Below the pieces are notes generated by a model. That model made no database searches, was not told where the DNA came from, and saw nothing but the letters and a program-made list of their open reading frames with translations. A DNA stretch of 64,000 nucleotides from Eledone cirrhosa (Eukaryota): positions 360,344,001 through 360,408,000 of the forward strand of contig OZ024741.1 of NCBI GenBank assembly GCA_964016885.1, in the 5' to 3' direction. A program made the translations under genes and the position numbers. Shown piece by piece: positions 14,001 to 25,969 of the stretch. Every line of letters starts with the position of its first letter. Position 1 is the stretch's first letter.

Positions 14001-14140
14001 AACTGTTTGAGTATGTGAGCGTTCTTTGGTTTCTTTTACATATAACGGCTCTGTTCTCGTACATTGAGCTAATACAATACCGTCAAAATATAACACGGTG
14101 CGTGTGTGTTTATACACATGCACTCCGTGCTATACGTACG

Positions 14141-14243
<103 letters not shown>

Positions 14244-14284
14244 ATTCAAAATATTAACAAAATAGATATTCTTGTGATCAATTA

Positions 14285-14351
14285 TATTTTATTGTACATA
14301 TTTCAGAGGTACTGAGTTAAGTTCATCAGTACGTCCTCATCAGATAAAATA
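14285..14351 (-). ncRNA. Hammerhead motif (antisense arm of C), cleavage triplet mutated
   Basis: Reverse complement: TATTTTAT-CTGATGA-GGACGTACTGA...TCAGTACCTCT-GAAA-TATGTA-CA-ATAAAA. Confidence 0.6.
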
Positions 14352-15722
14352 AAATGATACATGACATACCCTGACATGGTAGATGGTTAAGATTCAATCA
14401 AGGTAGTGATTAACTTATGACAAAACTCAATATTTATACCCTAATATTGAGAACATGAGATAACGTAATACAAACAATGGAGAGGGTGTAGGTTGATTTT
14501 AAGAAATACATGGCATCAATATAACAGTTATAACATTTTTAAAATTTTTATTTCTAATTTTGGGCATCTTTAAATTTCACAAATAATTCATTTTCTTTTA
14601 TTTGTATATTTATTTTGTATCTAGCCCTATCACTAGGACTTATAGTTTTGACATATCTTTATAGTATATATCAACTAAATAAAAATAATTGATATAAATC
14701 ATTAATTCTTTAACAATATTTGTAACTATGTATATCTTTGAGCAATATCTTCAGGAAATTATTTACTATATTGCAATATTGCAATATAGTAATAATAATA
14801 TATTATTTATATTTGAAAGGTATCACCTCAACTATGAACAAATAATTGTTTCTACTTTAGGCACAAGGCCAGCAATTACCCAGTGCATTACTGGTACTTT
14901 ATTTTATCGATCCCTTAAGGATGAAAGGCAAAGTCAACATAATCTTGGTATTTTATGATCAATGCATATATATAGTTGAAAATTCTGACTTCTTTAAGTT
15001 TAATTATAAGGCCGGTTGATACTTTAGGCACTCAAACTATTTAACAATAAATTCTTTAATAATTATAACTATAATTATCTTATAAATTATATTATAGAAA
15101 CTGTTGTCAATATTATAAGTAATTTTGGTAAAGATTACCTTCGTGAGGATATAAAACATTATATATATATATATTCTTTTCTCGTGTTTCGTAAATCCTT
15201 TAAATTTGTTTTTATAAAATTTGAATTTTAGAAATTTAACATAATTATATTATAATATTAATACAAATACCTATTAACTTTTAAAACCTAAAATATGATT
15301 CTTTACCATGAAATAACATAAATTAAATATTTTGAAAATTAACCGCCAACTATACTATATAGAAATCTGCGTGTATAGAAACTTGAACATAAATTACTCC
15401 CCTTTGTCTCTCTCTCTCTTTAATCATCTTTCATCTGTCTTCTCAAGCCACATACTAAATATATTATCACATCAGCTGTTTCTTCCTCTATGCTTTCTTT
15501 TCCCTCCTCTTTCTCTAGATTTTAAAAATTAAAAATTCTATAACTGTTATATTGATGCCATATATTTCTTAAAATCTATTACCTACACCCTCTCTATTGT
15601 TTGTATTACGTTATCTCATGTTCTCAATATTAGGGTATAAATATTGAGTTTTGTCATAAGTTAATCACTACCTTGATTGAATCTTAACCATCTACCATGT
15701 CAGGGTATGTCATGTATCATTT

Positions 15723-15788
15723 TATTTTATCTGATGAGGACGACTGTTGAACTTAACTCAGTACCTCTGAAATATGTATAATAAAATA
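15723..15788 (+). ncRNA. Minimal type I hammerhead ribozyme
   Basis: TATTTTAT-CTGATGA-GGACGACTG...CAGTACCTCT-GAAA-TATGTA-TA-ATAAAATA. Confidence 0.75.
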
Positions 15789-15928
15789 TAATTGATCACA
15801 AGAATATCTATTTTGCTAATATTTTGAATTAATATTAATAACTCTGGAAAACATTTTTTGTTGAGTGCTTCCAATCTATTGTAAAACTCATTCTTTGATG
15901 TATTCATTGAACCTTGTTTAGCTCTTAA

Positions 15929-16000
<72 letters not shown>

Positions 16001-16249
16001 AGTGATTCATCGTGGGAGATGACATGTTGGAATTTAAGAAGCAATAGCTGGCAACTGTTATTTTATAGACATGTACGCCTCTGGGTTTTAAACATGACAA
16101 GAACTTCGCTGTCACCAAACGTCACAGGTTGGAAAAAATAATTGTGTGATAGTTCCCGGTATTTTCGGATTTTATTTCGTTTGGCAACGGAAGCAATGAC
16201 CCTCACATTTACCGCGGCATTCATAATGTGTATCTAGGAGGGGGAGGGG

Positions 16250-16785
16250 GGCAAGCATCACTGACTGTGGCGTCTTGGATGAGACATCTACCTCCTACTC
16301 AGGGACAAAGGGTACGCCCGCCTGGTCTCTTCCCATCAATTCTGGATAATCCAGTCGGCTCCAGAACTGAGGGGGATATTTACCCGAGCTAGGGCCCGCT
16401 TAATGATCAGGTTTAGCTCGGTGTTGCAGGCGAAGAAACCATCATTCAGGTAGCACGACAAGCCGTGGAGTCGAGGGACCTACCACTGCGACATCTCTGA
16501 CCCCAACAGGCATCGGTACCCATTCGGAGTGCAAAGGAGATGCGGAGCTAATATAGACCGAGAAGACCACCAATGTTGGCCACAGGAAGGTTATCAATCC
16601 ATCCCCCCCCCCCGAGAACTTTGCGTTTGCAGAAAGTAAACGGCGCCTAGAAAATTGAACATAATGATCAAAGAGAGGGTCAAAAGTTTCGCTCGAGCAC
16701 AGATTGTCCAATACTTTCTGCTTCCGTCTAGCATCGTCAGTGTCGGGAACTGACAAACCCAGCTCTCTCCACTGTAGTAAAGCTT
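16250..16785 (-). mobile_element. CRE-like LINE fragment interrupted by LTR element 1 (resumes after 18574)
   Basis: Minus-strand peptide ...QKVLDN...RRRLLSANAKFSGG... resembles RLACFRASSKLHSGAW of the 28802 ORF; the frame YEALLQW is restored across the insertion. Confidence 0.55.
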
Positions 16786-18570
16786 TGTGGCAGTTGCCTC
16801 TCTTGTTGTGACTCACAACCCCAATAGATTAACATCTAGACGGGAAGTAGAACCCTTTCTGTAACTTCCGGTCAGAACCCTATAAAGCTAACAACTTTAA
16901 GTTCTCACTCTCATTTGCCCTTCCGAGTATTTCCGCTATATTGGTAACCCTGACGTGATACGAACACGCAGCCGTTCATCGTTATAAGTGGTCACCCCGA
17001 AAAAAGAAAAAAATAGCAGAATCTGGTGTTGTGTGAGTAACATTACGAATACACAGCAAATTTATTGACAAACTATGGAAATACTCAGTCAAAGAAACAC
17101 ACCACGCACATGTGAAATTCGCGTTCAGACAGACTTTTTCTCTCACGCATCAACTAACTGTCGCATTTCACGATATATATATATGTTTCTCGTTTCTTAC
17201 AACGAACACTTTCAAAACAACAAAAAAAACAAATTTGATATTTTTTTAAAAACATTTCAACAGGAACATTTATTTTCGATGAACCATTGCCTTTTTTTTT
17301 CATCGTTTTCTTCATCGTTCAAGTTTTTTTTTTTTTCAAAAGTTCACACCAATAATTATGCTAAGTGAAGCCTTTCTTTTTCATCATTGTGACTTTCACA
17401 CTTGCACTATCATTTTCTCGCGCGTTAGAAATATTATTTTTTAAACCTAACTTAACCTTGTATTGGCACGTGTAGGCAGCACAAATTCTCGACTCACAGA
17501 GATAGCCGCACGCCAGAGATAACGTTTCTCGCCAAGGATTCTTCAGCCTTAAGCTATATTCTCCTATTTGCCGGTTTAAAAATTTACCACGTAAATTTGC
17601 CGTTGAAAACTGCGCATTTATTCAGAATGCTTATTTCTTTGGTCGCTGGCCTCTTGACCCTTCCAGGTCAACGCATTCTCAACATTGACCATCAACTTCG
17701 GCTGTTATTTCTAACACTTTGCGCAACTCATTTTTTCCGAAAAAAATTTTTTTACTGTGAATTTAAACACCGAATACGCTCACTCCGCGAGACAACAACA
17801 TCAACAGCAACACAGCTTCATCAACAACCAAAACCAGCAGAACAAGCCAGAGAATTTATTTTTGCAGCACTCTTCCTGTGAGAAAATCCATTCGGAGGTT
17901 GGAAATTTCACGATATACCACAGAACAGAAACCACCTGCATTCATTCTCTGGAACACACTTTCTTACCTGCTGTCATGTGATTGCACACCTGTGAACTAT
18001 ATTTTGTACATTTGAACTTTGAGCTCTTCTCTTACTTTATTACATTGTATCTTTGGGTGATGGATAGATAGATGTCCAGTCGTTCTCTGGCCAAGAGCGG
18101 TTGGCTACCTTGATATCTATCATTGATTTTTGCAAACATTCTTTTGTCGTAATTTTCATGCCTGTTACAACATTCTCGCCAACTTGCTACATATTTCATT
18201 CGATTTTTATATTCTAAAATTCTGGCGGGAGGTTATGTGGCAGTTGCCTCCCTTGTTGTGACTCACAACCCCAATAGATTAACAACATCTAGACGGGAAG
18301 TAGAACCCTTTCTGTAACTTCCAGTCAGAACCCTATAAAGCTAACAACTTTAAGTTCTCACTCTCATTTGCCCTTCCGGCGCCTGGCCTTCGCCAGGCGC
18401 CCTCTGCCAGCCTGCGTTTGCCTGGCAATCAAAACGGTAACTACTAACTTTGCTTCATTCTTTCATCTATTTCATTGACATGTCAACTATACTGTTAAAT
18501 TGTTGATTAAATATTATACACACAAACCATGTCTCCTTGTTACATTCATACACACGAGTTTCCCGCTATA
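16786..18570 (+). mobile_element. Non-autonomous LTR retroelement, copy 1 (tRNA-Trp primed, Gypsy-like)
   Basis: 5' LTR 16786-16940 (internally deleted), PBS from 16942, PPT-like ggcgggagg, 3' LTR 18236-18570, 4-bp TSD GCTT; no gag/pol. Confidence 0.9.
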
Positions 18571-18769
18571 GCTTCATACAATCCCCCGATGGAACTATTC
18601 CATGTTGGAAAGAAGAGGATGTCACCCACTAAAGGGGAGCAAGCGTGGATGGAGCAAAGAAAACGGAGATAAAGAGTGTTTATATTTCCATTCTGAAAAA
18701 AGAAAGTAAAAAAAAACGGGTTGATGTATAGGCAATGTTGTTATCATTCTTTAGTTACTGTTGTTGTGG

Positions 18770-19210
18770 TTAGTGGTGGTGATGGCGGCGGCGAATGTAG
18801 CGATAAGAGAGAGAGGAATAGACAAGCTCAGCTGACATATAATAGAAACATGGAAGACAAAGAAGACACCGATGATGGTGAATATGATGATTGTGGTGGC
18901 AGTGTTGATGATGATGATGATGACGATGCAGATGACGGTGGTGGTTGTGGTCGGCGGCATGATGATTTTGAAGATAATCGTTGTGCTGGTGCTGGTGGTA
19001 CTACAAGTAGTAATAATTGTTTCTACTTTTGGCACAAGGCCAGCAATTAGCCAGTACATTACTGGTACTTTATTTTATCGACCTCGTAAGGATGAAAGGC
19101 AAAGTTGACTAGTAATAATGGTGGTGAATTCTGTCACACTAGTCTTGATGTTTGTAGTGATGGTGATGGTGGTTCTGTAAGTGATGATTGTAGTGGCGGT
19201 TGCGATGAAA
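18770..19210. repeat. (GAT/GGT)n low-complexity tract with a SINE A fragment (19012-19109, minus strand)
   Basis: Trinucleotide repeats; SINE 3' half. Confidence 0.7.
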
Positions 19211-19527
19211 ATAGATTGCTAAACAGAGAAACAGAAAAGACGAGGGGAGAAAGAAGTTTAAAAAGAAGAGTGGTAAAACGGGGGCGAAATAGGGTGGGAA
19301 TGAGAGGTTTGAAGAAAGTGTGAAAATTTGATGAGACAGAAAGAGAAAGAGAGAGATTAGAGAAATAGGAAGAAGGGAGTAAAGAGATAAAGGGTGGGGA
19401 GAAGAGAAGAAGCAACAAATATTTATTTGTTTGTATTTAATAAGTGACAGCGAAATTAAAAATATAACAAAGCAAAACAAAAAAGCTAAAGAATAGTTTG
19501 AAAGAAATTAAAAAAAAATATTGTATG

Positions 19528-21650
19528 TATAGCGAGAGTACTGGGTTGTATGAATGTAACAAGGAATACGTTGTTTGTGTAGATATATTATTTAATTAAC
19601 AATGGTAGATAGTATAGTTGACATGTCAAAGTAATAGATGATAGAATGAAGCAAAGTTAGTAGTTACCGTTTTGATTGCCAGGCAAACGCGGCTGGCAGA
19701 GGACGCCTGGCTAAGGCCAGGCGCCTGTTGGCCAAATGAATGGCAGAGCCAAATGAGAGGCTCTTGACCTGGTGCCGAAAAGGCAATGAGAGGATGAGAG
19801 CTTAAAGTTGTTAGTTTTATAGGGTTCTGACCGGAAGTTGCAGAAAGGGTTCTACTTCCCGTCTAGATCCTAATCAAAACAAGGGAGACAACCGCTACAT
19901 AACCTCCCGCCAGAATTTTAGTGTATAAAAATCGAAATGAAAATATGCAGCAAGTTGGCGAGAATGTTGTAACAGGCATGAAAATTACGACAAAAGAATG
20001 TTTGCAAAAATCAATGATAGATATCAAGGTAGCCAACCGCTCTTGGCCAGAGAACGACTGGACATCCCTCTATCCATCACCCAAAGATACAATGTAATAA
20101 AGTAAAAGTAATAGAAGAGCTCAAAGTTCAAATGTACAAAATATAGTTCACAGGTGTGCAATCACTTGACAGCTGGAAAGAAAGTGTGTTCCAGAGAATG
20201 AATGCAGGTGGTTTCTGTTCTGTGGTATATCGTGAAATTTCCAACCTCCGAATGGATTTTCTCACAGGAAGAGTGCTGCAAAAATAAATTCTCTGGCTTT
20301 GGTTGTTGGTGAAGCTGTGTTGATGTATTGCTGCTGCTGTTGTCTCGCTGAGTGAGCGTATTCGGTGTTTAAATTCACAGTAAAAAAAAAAAAAAAATTT
20401 TTTTTTTTAAAATGAGTTGCGCAAAGTGCTAGAAATAGCAGCCGAAGTTGATGGTCGATGTTGAGAATGCGTTGACCTGGAAGGGTCAAGAGGCCAGCGA
20501 CCAGAGAAATAAGCATTCCCAATAAATGCGCGGTTATCAACGGTAAATTTACATTGTAAATTTATAAACCGGCAAATAGAAGAATATGGCTTAAGGCTGA
20601 AGAATCCTTGGCGAGAAATGTTATCTCTGGCGTGCGGCTATGTCTGTGAATAGAGACATCTCTGTGAATCGAGAATTTGTGCTGCCTACACGTGTCAATA
20701 CAAGGTTGAAAAAAATAATATTTCTAACGTGCGAGAAAATGATAGTGCAATTTTGAAAGTGACAATGATGAAAAAGAAAGGCTTCACTCAGCATAATTAT
20801 TGGTGTGAACTTTGGGAAAAAAAAAACTTGAACGATGAAGAAAACGATGAACAAAAAGGCAATGGTTCATCGAAAATAAATGTTCCTGTTGAAATGTTTT
20901 TTAAAGAATATCAAATTTCTTTTTTTTTTTGTTTTGAAAGAGTTCGTTGTAAGAAACAAGAAACATATATATATATTGTGAAATGTTTTTTTTGTTTTTC
21001 TTTTGTTTTGAAAGTGTTCGTTGTAAGAAACGAGAAACATATATATATATATTGGTGAAATGCGACAGTTAGTTGATGCGTGAGAGAAAAGTCTGTCTGT
21101 GCGAATTCCACATGTGCGTGTGTGCGTGTCCTTGAGTATTTTCATAGTTTGTCAATAAATTTGCTGTGTATTCGTAATGTTACTCACACAAAACCAGATG
21201 TGCTATTTTTTTCTTTTTTTGGGGTGACCACTTATAGCGATGAACGGCTGCATGTTCGTATCACGTCAGGGTCACCAATATAGCGAGAATACTAGGTTGT
21301 ATGAATGTAACAAGGAATACGTTGTTTGTGTAGATATATTATTTAATTAACAATGGTAGATAGTATAGTTGACATGTCAAAGTAATAGATGATAGAATGA
21401 AGCAAAGTTAGTAGTTACCGTTTTGATTGCCAGGCAAACGCGGCTGGCAGAGGACGCATGGCTAAGGCCAGGCGCCTGTTGGCCAAATGAATGGCAGAGC
21501 CAAATGAGAGGCTCTTGACCTGGTGCCGAAAAGGCAATGAGAGGATGAGAGCTTAAAGTTGTTAGTTTTATAGGGTTCTGACCGGAAGTTGCAGAAAGGG
21601 TTCTACTTCCCGTCTAGATCCTAATCAAAACAAGGGAGACAACCGCTACA
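19528..21650 (-). mobile_element. Non-autonomous LTR retroelement, copy 2
   Basis: Two nearly identical 372-bp LTRs (19528-19899, 21279-21650), tRNA-Trp match 21246-21277, TSD TATG. Confidence 0.92.
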
Positions 21651-22424
21651 TATGAATAAGATTTTATTCAAAAGATAGTGGTTTATATCGCCTGACATTT
21701 TTGTATGTTGTGTGTGTGTGTGTGTTTGGAACATTTGCTACAAAACTTAAAATGAGCTTTACATGATTCTGTAAAGTTTTCAAACGATAAACTTTTTACA
21801 TGTCGTTGAGAAGGATTCATGAATCACACATTCTCCAGACCTGCCAATCTCTAATAATCCAAACAGAGAATACCATGAAAAAAAGTGCCCCAAAACGGGA
21901 GGAAATGAGGCAAAATGGGAAGATTTTACATAACGCCATACGTATTTTTACAAGAGAAGACATCTCTCACTCACGCCAAAATGGAAGGGAGATCTCCTCG
22001 TCGGACGGGGAGAATTGACAGGTCTGCATACACATATACATAGACAGAAGCGTTAAGGCGCCAGACAAAAATGCTTGACTGAATCTATTCTAGCCCCTGG
22101 CATTCTGAGTTTAAAATCTTGCCTTTCACATTTCAGGATCGATAAATAAACTTCCAGTCTGAAGTGGTGGACTTGGGGTATCATTAGAAAGGTGGATATG
22201 ATGCATTGCGGTATTTGTTCTTAATCTTTACGTTTTTGGGTAAAAGCTTGCCGTGGCCTACTTGGATAATTGATTTATTTAATCGGTTACCCGGTTTAAC
22301 ATCGTCACTTGGACCTTGTGCATCTTTAATGGAGTAGACTCTGTTGGTGTGGATGCAGCATGGCCAAACGGTGAAGGAGTTCGCTTCACAATTATTAGGT
22401 CCTTGGCTTGATCCAACTGTGTGG

Positions 22425-22471
<47 letters not shown>

Positions 22472-22472
<1 letters not shown>

Positions 22473-23480
22473 ATCGAAAGCTTTCGATTGATCTAAGTTG
22501 ATCAATGCCCCACCCGTGCAAGGTTCCTTAGCCACCCTCTTTATGATGTATTGCATGACGTCGAAGTTGTCGTGGATGGATTTTTTCAGAATGGTGCATA
22601 TCTGCGCCTCACCTACTAGACCACCAGCGAGAAGCACCAGCCACGTCGCTAACATCTTGGACGAAATATAGAACTCTGCATTTAACAGAGTTATTGGGTC
22701 TAAAATATAGACCCCTTTGTTCGGGTCTTTTCTTAACAGAGCAGCTGCCTCTCGGCTCACAAAACTGGAAATTCTCCCGTTCTGTTGCCAGATGGCATAG
22801 ACGTTCGCTAAGATGTCGCAGAATAAGTCTGGCACGTTTGCGTAAAGCTCGTAGTGCAGACCATCCAAGCCATCGCGTCCCATATTTCATCGACTGTTAT
22901 TGGCTTTTTGCAACACTCTGCCTCCCTCGCCGAGAGCCGCAGCAGGCTGTGAAGTCTATCTCCTGATTGGGCCCGCCACCGCTCCCGAACAGTTGAGTGA
23001 AATGTCGCTGAAAAATCGCACACATCTCTTTGGGTTCGAGTACCATGCACCTCTCGTAGTCCGCCAGCGACCAGATTGTGGTTTCGTTGACACGCTGCGC
23101 CTCCGCCACTCGGGCCCACTGAACAGCTTTTGTTCCTTCGTGTCTAAGAGCACACGTCCTAGCTCTGAGATTGCAGCCATCAGTCTTAGCATTAAAGAAT
23201 TGGTCGAGGACCAATCTAGCCACAAGCAGGTTGGTTGTGATGTCATTGCTAACTGCCTCTTCTAACTTTCTAGCTAACTCTCCCTCTTGTCTAGTTTTCT
23301 CTATTTCAACTCCTTTACTAGACCTTATTAATACTACTCTAATCGCCCTTTTCATGGCGAACCACCATTGTTGTTGATGATTTCTCCCCGTTAACGCCCG
23401 CTTAACTAATTCATTAATCCGGTCTCTGTAAGCTTTGCACACTGGTAATGGCGCGTTCGGCTTCCAGTAACTGGGCCCTT
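22472..23480 (-). mobile_element. Tx1/L1-clade LINE ORF2 fragment (linker and N-terminal RT), frameshifted
   Basis: GPSYWK..., WW...K..IR, GLDGL.YELY, PITLLNAEF..SK.LA, LINLDQSKAFD motifs. Confidence 0.85.
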
Positions 23481-23980
23481 GCCTACGGGTCCTTACTAGT
23501 CTCTAGCCATAGTAGTAAGGGACTAGCAGAATCTCTTCACTTTATAGGAGCTTTAGGAAGTGAGATCTTGCTTATTCTGTCGCAAATCTCACCTCCACTG
23601 TGCTAAAATCCATGCCTCTTTGAATGTAAGTTTTTAGGTTCCATATGTATTTTAGCCTCTGTGACTCTCTCCGCCTTTCTTGTTTTTAAACCAATAATAC
23701 CATGTGACGAACCGTATTTTGGATGGTGTCAACAGGATTGTTTGGGGTGACGGTAGGGCCAGCTTTCTATCAACCGTCTAGTTCCTCAAAGTAAGTTACT
23801 CTTTGGAATGAGGATTTCGTTGCACTAATGAAAGATATCTTACTGTTAATGCTGGCTGGCTTGTTGTTGTTGCTGTTATTGTTATTGCTGCTGTTTATGT
23901 TTTTGATGGTGCTGATCTCCGGTTTTTGGAAACAGTAGTGTTGTTGTTTTGTTTGTTTGTTTTTTCGTGTACAATCATTT

Positions 23981-25949
23981 TTTTCTTAGTTCCTACATTT
24001 CCTCTTTTATCTCTTCCTTTTTTTTTCTTCGGCCGCTTGTATTCGGGATCATATTCTTTCGGTCATTACCCAAAACTCATGATCATAGGTAAGGGTTGGC
24101 ACGAATACCGAATTGAAGATAGCGACTTAGGCTTTTACGCTTACCTCCTTTCTGATTACTGAATGTACCAGCTCATGCAATTCTTGCACTTAATTCAACT
24201 TCCTGCTTTCCATCACTCGTTCATTATTTACATGAACAGGATTGATATGCACAGCCGGGCTGGAAGTGGTATCATGACTGGCGTTACGATGGTGTTACTT
24301 AACTCGACAGAAAGTGATCTCCGATTTGCACTCGATAGTTTTAATGCAGAGTGCTGCATGGTTAGAATGAAAATCAGTGCTGCGAAAACTGAGACACTCG
24401 TCCTTTCAAGGAAGCCTGCGCAATGCACTCTATACGTAAATAGAGTTCCAGTGAAGCAGGTAGAGAAGTTCAAGTATCTGGGAGCCGTGTTTGTAGTAAG
24501 CAAAGGCACTACTTACCGCAGCGGAACATGTGTTTTGCGCTTGGTCCTCTAAGTCGGCGGCGTAGAAATATCAGGTGCCTTTTTTCTGCCCAGCAAACGC
24601 GTTCGCGCTTTTTTTTCTCGTCTACACAGTTGCTGCTTTCATTTCGTAAAGACGAGACCTAATTACTTTCCCGTGTCGATACTAGCAAGATGTAGCACTA
24701 AAAAAAACAAAACTTTGGCCCTCTCGGCCAGAGCCCAACCTCTTTCTTCCAACACTTTATTTTTGTTCGACTTACTCATGCGGCATGACGGCAGCATTTA
24801 ATTGTAATATTTTACAGAAGAAATTAAATCCTTTATAAAATGTTTTAAAAGCCTTCTAATAATTTCTGCCACCATTGAATCTTAACACATCTTAAAAATA
24901 TTTCTTCTGACGTGATATAGGAAAAATCATTTTCCCCAAGGTAATATCATTTCGCACCACAACAAGTGAGTACAGTTTTTGTTTCCTTAGAGATAGCATA
25001 ACTTCTCTCAACTCACTGAGATCAACTTCACTTACTCTTTTGCCAACAACAAATATATTAAAGATTCATCTGCTAAAGTGGCACAACCAAACAAACATCT
25101 TTTTCTGCTATTATTTCAAATAAAGGCGGTGGATTGGCAGTATCGGTAGAGGGTCGGACGCCATGCTTTGCAGCAAAGAGTTATTCCCCTTTATGGTCTG
25201 AGTTCAAATGCCGCCGAGGTTAACTTTGCCTTTCATCCTTGCGGGGTCGATAAAATAAAGTACCAGTAATACACTGGGATAATTGCTGGCCGTGTGCCAA
25301 AAGTAGAAACAATTATTTCAATGAATTGGCAGTTTCGGTAGAGGGTCGGACACCATGCTTTCCAGCATAGTTACATCCCTTTACGGCCTGAATTCAAATC
25401 CCACCGAGGATTGCAGGAGCTGGTGCAGTAATGTGCCAGCTTAGGCATTCAGTAATTAGAAGAAGGGAGGTAGGCGTAAAAGCCAAACTAGCTATCTTCA
25501 ATTCGGTATTCGTGCCAACCCTTACCCATGGTCATGAATCTTGGGTAATGACCGAAAGAATATGATTGCGAATACAAGCGACTGAAATGTGGTTCCTCCG
25601 AAAGGTCTTTGGAGTAAGATTACTCGATAGACTGCGTAGCTCGGAGAGTCACTCCACGTAGAGCCACTACTTCTCTCAATTGAGAGGTCACAGCTCCGAA
25701 ACTATGGGCATGTGGTTAGAATGTCTCAAGAAAGAATCGCTGGACACACTTTTACGGGCAAAACCAACCGGCAGGAGACCCAGGGGTAGACTCTGAGCAA
25801 GATGGTTGGGTAACATCCATGAGCTTGGGTGGTCTCACATGCGCACCGAGCGGGATTAGTTGGAGACGGTTGCTTCTGAGAGAATCTGCTAGAAGGAGTG
25901 TTTTAGGACTCTACCCCCACGGCCCGCTCAGAAATAAATGGGCGAAGAA
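23981..25949 (+). mobile_element. Rearranged RTE-clade LINE 3' part with an inverted segment and a 0.9-kb interruption
   Basis: MKISAAKTET...VKQVEKFKYLG, then RIAGAGAV...HESWVMT; gaagaag tail; flanking direct repeat GTGTACAATCATTTT. Confidence 0.7.
25124..25409 (+). mobile_element. SINE family A: full copy plus a 5' partial copy
   Basis: Match to the family consensus. Confidence 0.85.
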
Positions 25950-25969
25950 GTGTACAATCATTTTCATTT

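Larger units (their letters stand above)
12132..14100 (+). mobile_element. Fold-back PLE-like remnant B with HHRs, flanked by (TA)n(TG)n
   Basis: Inverted arms about 12132-12818 and 13422-14040 (roughly 620-690 bp each) around a unique spacer. Confidence 0.75.

Noticed and set aside
17597-17881. ORF MLISLVAGLLTLPGQRILNIDHQLRLLFL shared by the LTR copies
   Set aside because: Explained by recent common ancestry; the frame breaks differently at the T-run in different copies; no gag/pol/env motifs
18721-19108. Asp/Gly- or Met/Val-rich ORFs
   Set aside because: GAT/GGT low-complexity sequence running into a SINE
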